Origin: Gracilinanus agilis
Taxonomy: Eukaryota
DNA length: 64,000 nt
Reading direction: 5' to 3'
Assembly: GCF_016433145.1 (NCBI RefSeq)
Contig: NC_058130.1
Span: 135,360,539-135,424,538 of the forward strand
Below are positions 10,825 through 22,690 of the stretch, piece after piece; positions within the stretch are counted from its first letter, which is position 1; each line of letters opens with the position of its first letter. The position numbers and the translations under genes were made by a program. The notes below the pieces were generated by a model. It had not been told where the DNA came from, did no database searches, and was given only the letters and a program-made list of their open reading frames with translations.

Positions 10825-11991
10825 TTCTATAGCATCTTGAATTCATCTCATTTCAACCTCATAACCACCTTCTAAGGTAGGGAATGCAGGTTCTTCCATT
10901 TGACAAATGACAAAACAGGCTCAGAGAAGTTAGTGACTTTCCTGAGGTCACGTGGCTGTTAAGTTTTGATTGTGGGGGGTCAAACCCATCTTTCAGCATT
11001 CAGATTCATTCTGCTTCTTTCACATGTAACAGTGTGAGTCCTCAACACCTTTAAACTGTACTATAGGAATTGCTGTACATTTTACAGATGAGTAAATTGA
11101 AACCCAAGTCGGTTTTGTAGGATTAAAAGCCAGGTTTCTCCTGACTTGAAAGCCAGCTGGAGAGTTCTTGGCTGGAAAACAGGTGGTCAAGATTTAGAGA
11201 CTCCAGAACATACTGGCTATCTGCATGAGCTCTGGCTATGTACTTGACTACAATTGAAGACCACCAAGATTTCAAGGATCCAAGATCTACTAATGATTAG
11301 AATCATAAAGATCATAAGATTTAGAGGTAGATGGGAACTTAGAAATCACTGGAGAGAACACTGAGGCTAAGAGAAAGGAAATTACTTGAGCTTCGGGTCC
11401 CACAGTTGGTAAGTGATAGTCAGGTTTTGAATATACTTCTTCTGACTCTGGATTCAGAGGTCTTTTAAATTACTTTCTTGATGATGCAAGAGGTTGAGAA
11501 TTAGAGGATATTGGGGAGGGAAGTATCCCTGTCAGACAAGAAGATCCACGATTGGCAGGACTGGGAGCAGGAAAATCCCTTGTGATGCTGTGGCTGAAGG
11601 CATGCCTAAGGGTGTGGCATTCATGCTAAATGGGAAGAGTCTGCTGCTACTGGCTGAATTAGTCTCTAGAATGAGTGAGTACTGGAGAAGGGATGTTGGC
11701 TTTGGTTGTGACCCCTCAATAGTTTCTGGATGATGGTAGAGTAGTTAGATGCCAAAGAAGATAGCTCTGTGCTTCTAATAACCTATTGCCTAGGCCCAAG
11801 AGCTATCAAGAAACTACACTTTGGAGTCAACCTGGCCATTGGGTAGTCTGGTTATGAACTGCTGTCCCAGCTGAGAGGAACTCATGGGCAATTTTTATTG
11901 CTGAAGGATGAATTCTGAAGGATCCTCCCTTATTGAAGGTTTCATCTTACCCCTTGTTTGTTTCTGTCTTTTATTCCAGATCTTCTCCACC

Positions 11992-14900
11992 ATGGCCCGA
12001 CGCACCCGCAGCAGCCGGGCCTGGCATTTTGTTCTGAGCGGGGCCCGCCGGGAGGCAGATGCCCGAGCTGTGGCTTTGGCCTCTGGCACCACCAACTGGG
12101 GCTATGATTCTGATGGACAGGTGGGTCTCTGCTTCCTTCACAAGAAGAGTTTATAATAACCAGGGTATTTTTAGCTCTGGTTGGAGTATGTTCAAGAAGA
12201 AGGTGTCTAAGGAAGTCAGCTATAGGCTTTAGTCTACTTGGAGAGTTGGATCAGAGGAGAGTACAGGACCAGATTCTCTAATTATCCTTCAGGTATTCAT
12301 TATTCTACAAGGACCCTCAAAAGCTGGCCTAATTGTATTTAAAAAGGCAAAAATCTTAGCTTTGAATTAGCAAAAGAACAGACTTGATTTGACCCTAGCA
12401 TCTGGCCCCCTGTTAAATAGCCCAAGATGCTTTGTTTCAGAGAGGAAATGCAAGTACTTTTTTTCTGTGTGCTTTTGTAGGGGAAATGAATGAGGAATGG
12501 AGTTTTCTTGTTTAGAAATAATGGTTTTTCCCCACTTTTTTATCCTTAAAATGTTTTATTGTTTTTGCATACTAGTATTTATTTACCTATTTTCTTTGCT
12601 CTATAACACTTCATAGAAATCTTTTTATGTTTCTTTGAATTCTTCATAGAAATGAGTGATTCTTAAAGACCAGTATTCCTAATCTAAGTCATTAAGGACA
12701 AACTTGGGGAGAAATGGTTCAAGGAAATGGAATTGAACTAGAGGAAAAATTTGAGGGTGTTGGGTGCCCTGTTTAAGCTATCTGGGGATTTTGCAGTAAA
12801 ATACATTTGAGTGATAGAAGCCACAAATGTTGCTAGCCTTGATCTGTTTTAATATCTATATCCCTGTCTTTCTAGGAGTAAGAAAAGGGGGGTGGGAGGG
12901 AGCTCTGGGTCTATAATTAAGGTCTTGCTTTTTTGTTTTGATGTTTTCACCTAGAACCCTTTCTAAAGTATTGTTAGATTTCTATAATGTGTGTTCTTTC
13001 TGGGTAGGATGCCCACAGAGGGCAGCTCTGTGTTAGGTATGTCTACATTGCTTATTGCCTGTGCCTGGTGTGTTCCTAACCTTAGTGGTTCATGCCTCAT
13101 CTCTGTAGGCCTAAAGGACATATATGTAGGACCCTTCTTAAGGCAGGGAATAGAAAATTAAGTCCCTGAGATTCTCCTGGGGGAGAGGAGGGCAGTTTGT
13201 GGGCATTAGGAGGGAAAAATGAGGGTAAACTGATTTTTTTCCCAGTTAAAATGTTATAGTTGAGCTATATGCTAGGCTTACATTCAAATACCAGTAAGTT
13301 GAGGGCAAAGAAGTGTTTTCCATTCTTCTCCATATAGTTGTCAAATGGCATTATTAAGGCCCTTAGCTGAATATGAGTCGGTAAGGCTGCAGCATGGCTG
13401 TAACATGCTCAGCTGCCTTTTGAGTATTGTGTGTAGGCCGCCACCAGGCCATGGTCCTTGCTCTCATGTTACTGGTGAGAACTTGGCCAGAGTTCTATGC
13501 ACAGGTTTACAGTTTGACTCTTTAAGAGAAGGGAGTAGGAAGTGGAAACCCCCAATTGTGATATAAAAAAATAAATGTAACTGAACCAAAGAATGAAAAA
13601 AAGTTTCTTTCTTCACTTGAGTTCTGAGAGCAAAACTAGAATTATGGGGTGGGGGGAGCCGATTGGTCCCTCAGAAGCATGGCCACTAAGATTTAGGGGA
13701 AACATCAAGTCTATAATGACTGGTACTGAAGCTACTGGAATAGCTCCTTGTCAAAAGCTTATACAACTTTTGGAGATCCACTGAAGGGACTAGTGAAGAG
13801 TAGGAATTAATGCTGAGGTAGTGAGCAAGACCATATTAATCTGACGCCTCCTTCCCATAACCTTGTTTCTGTCTGAATCAAAGCTGTAGTAAATCCAAAA
13901 AAGGTTTTTTCCCTCAGATTCAGTTTCCTTCCACTTGCTTAAAAATTTTTTTGTTCATGCTGATGTCTCTACATTGTTACCATTTCTGGGGATAGTCAGG
14001 AAATAAAACACCTCACAATAGATCAGGCTCTTCCCTATGACAAAGAATAGCAATTAAGAAAAAATACCTGACATGCCAACTACATCTGATTATGTAAACA
14101 AAAAGGAAGAAGGTTTGATTTTTGGGATTTCCATTAGTCTTCCAGTTGTTTTGAATTTGACTTCCTTTTAGTGACTTTTAAAATTATGTTGTTGTAGTTG
14201 GTCATTGTGTATTGTCCTTTTGTTTCTGCTTATTGTGTCCATCTTGCGGCCTAGCCTACATTCCTGTACCCAGTTCCACTTCTCATTGGCTAGTAGCCAT
14301 GAGAAATTCACCCTTGTGTTTGTTTCATCATAGGAAATGAGACTAATTATGTAGTGTTTCATAAGGGGAGCGTGGGTTATGTTTGTTGACAATGTAGCTT
14401 AGAAATTTCAGATATTTATTTGTTGCAGTTGTTAGCACATACATTCAGATTGCTATTTTTACCTGTCATCTAATGGTCTACATACCTTTCATGTCCTGCC
14501 TTCAGGAGTTGATGCAAAACAGATTCCTCCCTTATCCTTTGTCTTGGAGGGACTCCAAGAACCTTGGCTTACATTCATTCATTCAGAGCCTCGCCCTTCT
14601 CCTTAGCACTTAGCCCATATTGGGGATCTTGATAAGTTGTAGATTAACACATGATTTTGCTGGGCATTAAACTTGAGCTAGGTGGCTGTGAGAATGCCTC
14701 TCCCCAGGCTCCAAATTGGGATATATTAGGAATTTTTAGACAAGAGTTCCACTTAGACAGTTGGCAACCTTCCTTGAGAACCCTCAATATTGGTTCTAAA
14801 GGCCCAAAGTTACATGATCTTTTAAATATCTCTGACTTTTCCTCATTGAGAGAAATTCAATAGCTCTTTAATTTCTATTACATTTAGCCATCCCCTGTAG

Positions 14901-17519
14901 CAAGTTTAAAAAACTGAAACCACCATTCAGGAAAACTAACCAACACAGAAGTTTGTTTTGACAGCACATATAGTGTTCTGTACAAATAGCCTCCATCTCT
15001 GTAAAGAAGGGACTGAGAGCCCTGCCTTATTGTTTTAAACAATCAAGAACAAAGATCCTTGGAAAGACAGTGGATCTTTGGCTTCTGTGAAATGGTAAAT
15101 CTTTATTTCCTTGAGAGGCTCATTTTAATCCCATGTGCTAGGGTTTGGTAGAGTCAAAGAATTCCAAAATAAGAGCAGCTGGGTATAAGAAATGAGATCC
15201 TAGCTGAGAAGACATCTAGAGCTTTGAAGTTTTTAAAGCATTTTATAAACTCTTTTATCTGATCCTTATCACAACCCTGGGAAGTTCAGTACTATTATTG
15301 TTTCCATTTTACAGTTGAGGAAACTGAGGCAGACAGGTTAAATGACTTGCCTAAGGTCACACAGCTTGTAAATGTCTTTGAATTTAGGTCTTCTTGACTC
15401 CTGGCCCAGGGCTGTATCTGCTGTACTACCTAATGTCTTTCTTCTAAGATTAGCTCCATTTTATCTGGGGTCTTATATATAAACATGGCTAGTTGTTTGC
15501 ATGTTGTATCCCTTGGTAAAATGTGAGTTTCAGTCTTTGTATTCCCAGTTTAGATATTTTTAAAAATGATTGTTGGTGCCCTTTGCTATTCATTCTGCCC
15601 TCAGGACTGGGGGGGGTGGGGGTGGGAAGGCAATCCCTTTTTCTTTCACATCCCAGTCCTTCAAGTACAGCCATCATTTCTCCAAGTCTTTTCTCCTGGC
15701 TAGGCATCCCTAGTTTCTCTAACCAAGCCTCACATGGCATGATCTTGAGTATGTAATGATGGACTGATAGTATTAAGTGTTAGAAGTTCTAAGTGGTAAG
15801 TGTCAGGGCATATTTGGAAGTGTGATGTAAAAACAAAGACATCCATAAATTTGAAACAAAACAAGAAAATCCAGTGATGGTACTTACTGTTTACAGTAAC
15901 TGACCACTGATACCAGCTAGTTTGTCTATATCAGATTGCAGAATAGTCTTGGCTCCTCATCGGCTAGCTGTGTGATCAATCTTATGCACAAATCACAATT
16001 TTTCTGAGTCTCAATTTCCTCATCTTTAAGATATGGATAGTCCCTTTTTTGTCAGGAAGATAAATAATATTTGTATTATTGTCAGATAGGATTGATATGA
16101 AGGTGCTTTTAAAAATTGCACTATTATGTAAATATGAGCTATAGTTATTGGGAAGACAACTATTGGGAGACATCTGAGAAAAACATCTCAGCACATTTTT
16201 TCGAAGCCTCATTTGGGAAGAAAGGCTAATTTCGCATTAAATTTAATGTTTCATGAGCAGTTTTTTTCTTCATCTGTAATATGGGGATGGACTTGATGTT
16301 TTCTGAAGTCTCTTCTTACTCTGGGTCTATAAACCTGAGACAAATGAGTTCTCTGAATCTTGTTATCCCATCCTCCACTAGGTAATTTGGTGGTCAATAG
16401 CGGTTTCCTGGTCTAAGGGTCAACAGCAAGGCAGCATCTTGGCCTTTTTGACAGCAAAAGTGCTGCTAACTTCTGGCATTGATTTTGGGCTGTTGGTGGA
16501 GTTCTGTTTTTCTCAATCTCTTTATTATAACCTCAGCCAGAACTTTTCCCAAAGCATCTGGAGCCACATGTTGCATGGAGCATTTGCACTTTTTCTGGGT
16601 GTGGGAGCTCTGTTGTCTGGGATGCCTTTTCCCCTTTTCAATGGCAGCTCTTTAAGCAATGAGATTAGATAATGAATTTGGGTGATAAGGCCATTTAGAA
16701 CTCCAAGAGGTAAGGAAGGAATAGAAACCAGAATGAAGAGTTTCTGGAGGAGAAGGATAGATGTTAGGAAGTGAAGAGAGGTGAGCAGAGTAAAGGAAAA
16801 ATAAATTCTGGCTCTGGGAGGAATTGTTTTTTCCCAGTGGCCTTTACTTTGACAGACTGATGTGGATTATAGTACCACCTATGCTGTGGTTTTGTGAATT
16901 GCTATGATTTAAAAACATTTATCACTTTGGACCCCTAATCCTGAAGATGAGCTTTTCTTTCCACACTTGACAGAGCTAGTTTGCTGCAATAGGCTTTAGG
17001 TTTCAATAGCCCAGGATTACCTTTATTCTGTGAAAAAGGTATTAGTGGAAGCTGTCTTGCATATATAATAAGTATTTTAATAAATAATATTTGGTTGAAG
17101 ATTTTGTTGAGGCCATCTATTAAACTCCTTTGACTGGTCCAGATAACTTCCAAACTTGACCTCATTTTTGCCTCATAGTTGAGTTATATGTAGCTCCACA
17201 TGGTCTGTCTTCCTGGTGTTTACCATTTGTGATTGGTGATTCAGATGACAGTCTCCTATCTTTCTCCCTATATTCTTATAGCCATTACTTTAGGCTAAGG
17301 TTATTGGATTTGAATTTGAAGAGACTTTAGAAATTACCTATTCAGCACCCTTTTACACGAATGAGAAAATGATACCCCCAGACGCCTTATATGGCATAAG
17401 TAGTGAGTAGCAGAAATGCTTTTTTGGGGAAGTCTTCTGATTTCAATTCTGTTGGAAAATCATGACTTGCCTCTAGCTTTTCAGGCAGCCACGTAGTTAT
17501 GAGCTTTCCCAGCATCATA

Positions 17520-17582
<63 letters not shown>

Positions 17583-20500
17583 TCCCTCCTCCCCCAACAA
17601 GAATTAGATTTCCCTGTTTCTCTCCTTCCCAGAGAACTTTAGCCTGACCCCTAAAGTAGGGACTTTTAGGTTGGGCTAACATGTCACTCTTGAAAATTGA
17701 CTAGTAGGGAGCAAGAAATTGATGGTATGGCTATATAATCTCCTGGCTTTGCCCACTCAAGTTGTTTCTCAATTTTGCTGAGTCATGGAATGGACTCCTA
17801 GCATTTAGTGTCTTGGAATTTTGGGTTGTCAAGTACTCCTGATGCTACAGCCATAGATGTGATCAGAGGAGTACTCGGCTTAAGCAGGTGTCTTATGCTA
17901 TCTATGTAATAGTTACTCAAGTAACTGCCTAAAATTCCATATAGCATCTCAGTGGTAATTACTGTTTCTAAATATTCAGGAACTATCCATTGGTTGGGGC
18001 AGAGCCCTGACTTCGTGAAGACCTTCAGTCCCACAGTAACATTCCTTTATTAAACTTATCTACCTTGTACTCACCCCAGTGAAGCAAGAGCAGTTAAATG
18101 GAATGGAAAACTGTTAGTTACTCGGTTTAAAGATTGGTCCAGCAGCTTAGAGTCTGTCCAAAAGTATAAGGCCATAGAGAACCTGTTTATTGACATTTAT
18201 AATGGTCCATCAGTTCACCTTCTCAGGTAAGCTGTTGGGAGGTGGGCTTTCTTCAGCTGGGGCAGGCTCTACAGGGAATCTTGATACACCAAAAAGTATA
18301 GACACTCAAATGTATATATTAGACAAAGAGTGGGGAGAGTGGCGAAGGAATCTAGGTAATTTTGATTTTCTGTGTGGCATAGATTTGTGTTTATCCTGGG
18401 TGCCCCAAGATTCTTCACAAAGAGTTAGTACAGTGTTCTTGTCTCTCCTGTCTTAGCACCGAGTAGTAGTGATGGTAGCATTTTTTTTCCAAAGCTGCCT
18501 CCTCTTTATTTGCAACCCTTACTAGTTAAGGGTGGCTAAGTCCTCGCTAGTGGGGAGGGATCCTAACAATGGCTTTGTTGTCTTTAGTGCACTTTTTCTC
18601 ATATCTTGTCCCTTTTGTGCCATCACTGGGGCCTGGGTTTTGTCCCAGTAGGACAGGCTATTGACCCTGCCCTTGGCTTTTTGTTTGACAGCATAGTGAT
18701 TCGGATTCAGAGGCAGAGTTCCCCTCCCTGCCGCCCTCCATCCCAAGTGCTGTGCCTGTGACTGGAGAATCCTACTGCGACTGTGAGAGCCAAAGCGAAA
18801 CTCCGTATTGTGCCAGTCTCCACACCAGCCATCGAAGCAGGGACTGCCAGTGTGGGGAGGAAGATGACTGTAAGGAGCCTCCGTGCTTCTGTGGGGACAG
18901 TCAATAGCTGAAACTAATTAGTCGTTACCCATTATTTTCTTAGGGCTGTTGGTCCTTTCTAAGGACTCAGGTAGCTAGCTGGCTCCTGGGTTTGGTATTG
19001 ATGGCCTTTGGTTTCCATGCCAGCAGGGCTCATTTGGGAAAAGGCTGGTTTTGTAGAGGCCCCCTATTTTTTCCCCCTGGGAAAGATGTTCAAGGGTGGG
19101 ATAAAGATGGGGACAATTAGCCTCTTATGAGAAAGTAGAGTGGTCAGGTTCAACACACCCTTTATTACTGATAAACAGGTTCAGTAACCAAAAGAGAACA
19201 TAAAACTGAGGTTAAAAGCTAATTTTTAAGGTCATATAGTTTGTCCATGGGCCTGTAATATTTTTCTAGGTTGAGAATAAATAAGTCTGGAAAACTGATG
19301 GGAAGAATGTGTACACATCAGTAGCATAACAGGAGGCTTTTGCTTACCTAGCCACAGTCTGCTGTAACTAGCTAGATTCAGCTTAGCAAACATGAGGGGC
19401 TTCTCATTCAGCAGTGAGCATAAGCCTGCTTTAGCCTGTGATCTGCCCTGTGATCATTGTGCCTAGGACTCATCTTGTTCCAGTGTAGAAAACTGAATTA
19501 ATGCTATTTTTTAACAATGGTAAATCAGGGGGAGGAACCCAAACACTTGTTTTCCTGAAGGAACATATATCCCCTGAAGGATTAGGTCTACTTTATCTTT
19601 GCCTTACTGGGCCTCTTCCTTGCCCTGTTAATCTTCCAAGTTGATTGTGTTCAGTAAGAACTTTAAGACAGAGAGAAATATTAGGTATGGAGTTGGGCCT
19701 GTTGTGGGGTTGGCTCCCTTTTGCAGCCTTTTCCTCCTCCAATACAGATTTTGACTGGGTGTGGGATGATCTGAACAAATCGACAGCCACTCTGCTAAGT
19801 TGTGACAACCGCAAAGTCAATTTCCACATGGAGTATAGTTGTGGCACTGCAGCCATACGGGGGAACAAGGAGCTATGTGAAGGCCAGCACTTTTGGGAGA
19901 TAAAGATGACTTCTCCAGTCTATGGCACTGATATGGTACGTTTAGGGGAATCTAGGGGATACTCTTCTGGAGCAGAGGTCATGGACACAGATCACTTCTC
20001 ATGGCCTTTTCTCCTTCCCTTCTCCCCACTGATTCTGGTAGATGGTTGGTATCGGGACATCAGATGTAAATCTGGACAAGTATCGCCACACATTTTGTAG
20101 CTTGCTGGGCAAGGATGAAGACAGCTGGGGCCTCTCCTACACAGGTGAGCATGTGAGGACTGATGGAAACATGAAGAAAAAGCTGTTTGTTAAGGCTCAG
20201 GGAGGAGAAAACTGGGCTGCTGCTTATTTTAGAAGACTTACTGGTGTTGGGGTTGGGGAGAGGCTCTTTGGGTATAAGTGACTGAAATCTCAGGATAGAT
20301 AGACTGGAGGGGGAGAGGGGGTCAGATTATAGGAGAGACTGCTGTATCCCTCTAGCACTCAAAAGGCAGGGCTAGTAAAACTAGATTGTGTTAGAAGTCG
20401 AACCTATCTTATAGTAAACTACAAGATCCACCAAATCTAGTTTTCCCTGCTTTGGGGCTACTGTTTCAGGACTTCTCCATCACAAGGGTGACAAGATGAG

Positions 20501-21340
20501 CTTCTCATCACGGTTTGGCCAGGGCTCCATCATCGGGGTTCACCTAGACACTTGGCATGGGACACTGACCTTCTTCAAAAACAGGAAATGCATAGGTAAG
20601 GGTGGGAGCTGAAGGCCCGAGTTATAAAATAGAACGTCTTTAATGGGTCTGCCCAGAACATACTCCCAAGTCACGCTGCTGTTAGCTCTGAAGGCCTTAG
20701 CCAAGGACATGGCTAACTCTAGTACCGGAGTTGTAGATTTAGTCCCTGCAATAATCAGAGGAACCTGGAATCCTTGGAGCTCTACTACAAAGGCTGACCC
20801 AGGGTAAAAAAGGGGAGGGCCTTTCTGAGTCACCCTTATGGGGTGATCCTGTAGCCTGTCCCCATTCTCTCAGACACTTGGATCCTGGTCTGCTTCACCT
20901 TGAACTATATAGATTAGGCCTGGGCACCCTGCTGGTCCTACCCGTTTAGAGGAGAGAAGCCAGTGACTCCTCTGACACCTCCGTTCCCATCGTGTCTCCT
21001 GCCAGGAGTTGCTGCCACCAAACTGCAGAACAAGAAATTCTACCCCATGGTCTGCTCCACTGCCGCCAAAAGCAGCATGAAAGTGATCCGCTCCTGTGCC
21101 AGCCTCACTTCTCTGCAGTATCTGTGTTGCTACCGCCTGCGCCAACTGCTGCCTGACTCTGGGGACACACTGGAAGGATTGCCTCTGCCACCTGGCCTCA
21201 AGCAGGTGCTGCACAACAAACTGGGCTGGGTCCTGAGCATGAACTGTAGTCCCTTGCCATCACCATCACCTAAGGTGGCAGCGTGCTCAGGGAGCCCTGA
21301 GGCCAAGCCATGCCAGAGGAAGAGGTGTCGACGGACTTAA
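11992..21340 (+). CDS. SPSB3: SPRY domain-containing SOCS box protein 3 (352 aa)
   Basis: coding exons 11992-12120, 18692-18869, 19748-19935, 20042-20144, 20470-20595, 21006-21340; all GT-AG, phases consistent, 1059 nt. [16 protein letters not shown]..., SPRY (FDWVWDD...GQHFWEIKM), SOCS box (SLQYLCC...LPLPPGLK), ends CQRKRCRRT. Confidence 0.97.
15230..15437 (-). mobile_element. MIR/MAR-type CORE SINE
   Basis: 'ccattttacagttgaggaaactgaggcag...aaatgacttgcctaaggtcacacagc' CORE domain, reverse orientation. Confidence 0.8.
17525..17578. repeat. (TG)n microsatellite
   Basis: long perfect TG run in SPSB3 intron 2. Confidence 0.97.
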
Positions 21341-21908
21341 CTTATTTTCCAATGAAAACTGCCATGTTGGGCTTGGGGTGGCTTCTCTTTCTTTTCCCTT
21401 TCCTCCAGGCACTCTTGGGACAACAGGGAAGGTTGGGAGGGGAGGTTGCCCATCCCCACTCTTGGGGCCAGCTCCACTGGTTTGAATTTGCCAAGATAGT
21501 CCCCTCATTCAGGATCTAGTTTAGGTCACGGTACCTTCTCCTCACCTGGACTGGAAGACTGTGCCATGAACCCAAGAGCATCAGCTTGGAAATAGATGAT
21601 CACAGTAAGGCTCCTGGAGCCCTTATTTTGGACTTAGGCCAAGGGTCACTCCAGGTCCTCTTTAGGGTGGTGGAGACTGTGCTACTGCCTCCTTCTGGGG
21701 GACAGCTTATGATCACTCCTGCCCCAGGGAAGGTTGGATAATGCTGCAGCCCAGCCTCAGCTGAGAGGAGAAAAGTCTGGTTAATATTAATAATATGTGT
21801 CTTTGTTCCCTCCTCTATCCCTTGGGGCTTCAGATCTAGGATTTTTTTTAAACCTGCCTTGCATGTTGTCAGCTTCTGCTCCTGTATCAGATTGTATCAA
21901 ATCACTGT

Positions 21909-21914
21909 AATAAA
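21909..21914 (+). terminator. SPSB3: probable SPSB3 polyadenylation signal
   Basis: AATAAA about 570 nt after the stop, followed by U/GU-rich sequence. Confidence 0.65.
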
Positions 21915-22402
21915 GTAAAAATAGTTTATATTGAATTATAGATGCTACAAAAGTAAATGGGCCCAGGTTTAGGAGTTGGGGTGGTTGTATGATGTTTGAG
22001 GGGTGAGGATGAAGGGGTGGTTGTCTTTCTGTGCAAGTTCAGGTATCTGTCTTCACTGATTATAGAAACTTTGCAATATCTTGGGTTAGGGAATTAGCCC
22101 CCATTTTACCAACAAGAAAACTAAAGCTTGAAGGAAGCAGTTTTTAATAGCAGAACCAAGACTAATAGATGTGAGTTGCCAGGGACTTTTATCCCCCCGC
22201 TTAATAAAATTATAGGTACAATTCTATCCTGGCTGGAAATTGGAAAATTCAAGAGTTCTCTTTCCATCTTCATGGAAAAAAAAAAAAATTCTGGCACAGC
22301 AGAATCACCACCAGTTTTTTATTGTCTGGCTTAGTTGTCACATTAGCCCCCTTAAGTCTTCACCAGTAAATAGCCTTGCTCAGCTTCACTGATATCTCAC
22401 AC

Positions 22403-22408
22403 TTTATT
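22403..22408 (-). terminator. EME2: candidate EME2 polyadenylation signal
   Basis: TTTATT on + (AATAAA on -) about 280 nt after the stop; an alternative lies at 22318-22323. Confidence 0.45.
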
Positions 22409-22690
22409 CTGATGCCCATTTGTGTTTCTTGCTCCTCACAATTTCTGCATTGAACTCCCTTACATCCCCCTTTTCCCACTGGCTCCTTTCGATTTCTACA
22501 TTATATCTCAGATTCTTGCTATCTCTCACTGGTTCCTTCACAAAGCCCTGAACATTTCCCAGGTCTCTTCTAGTTCAAATGTTCTGAATGGGGAAGCTTC
22601 GGTCTACTGCTATGCTCCTTTCTACATAAAGAGTGTCAGACCCAAAGAGTTAGGGGGGGAGATCTGTAGCCCACTCCCTCAGCTCCAAAG

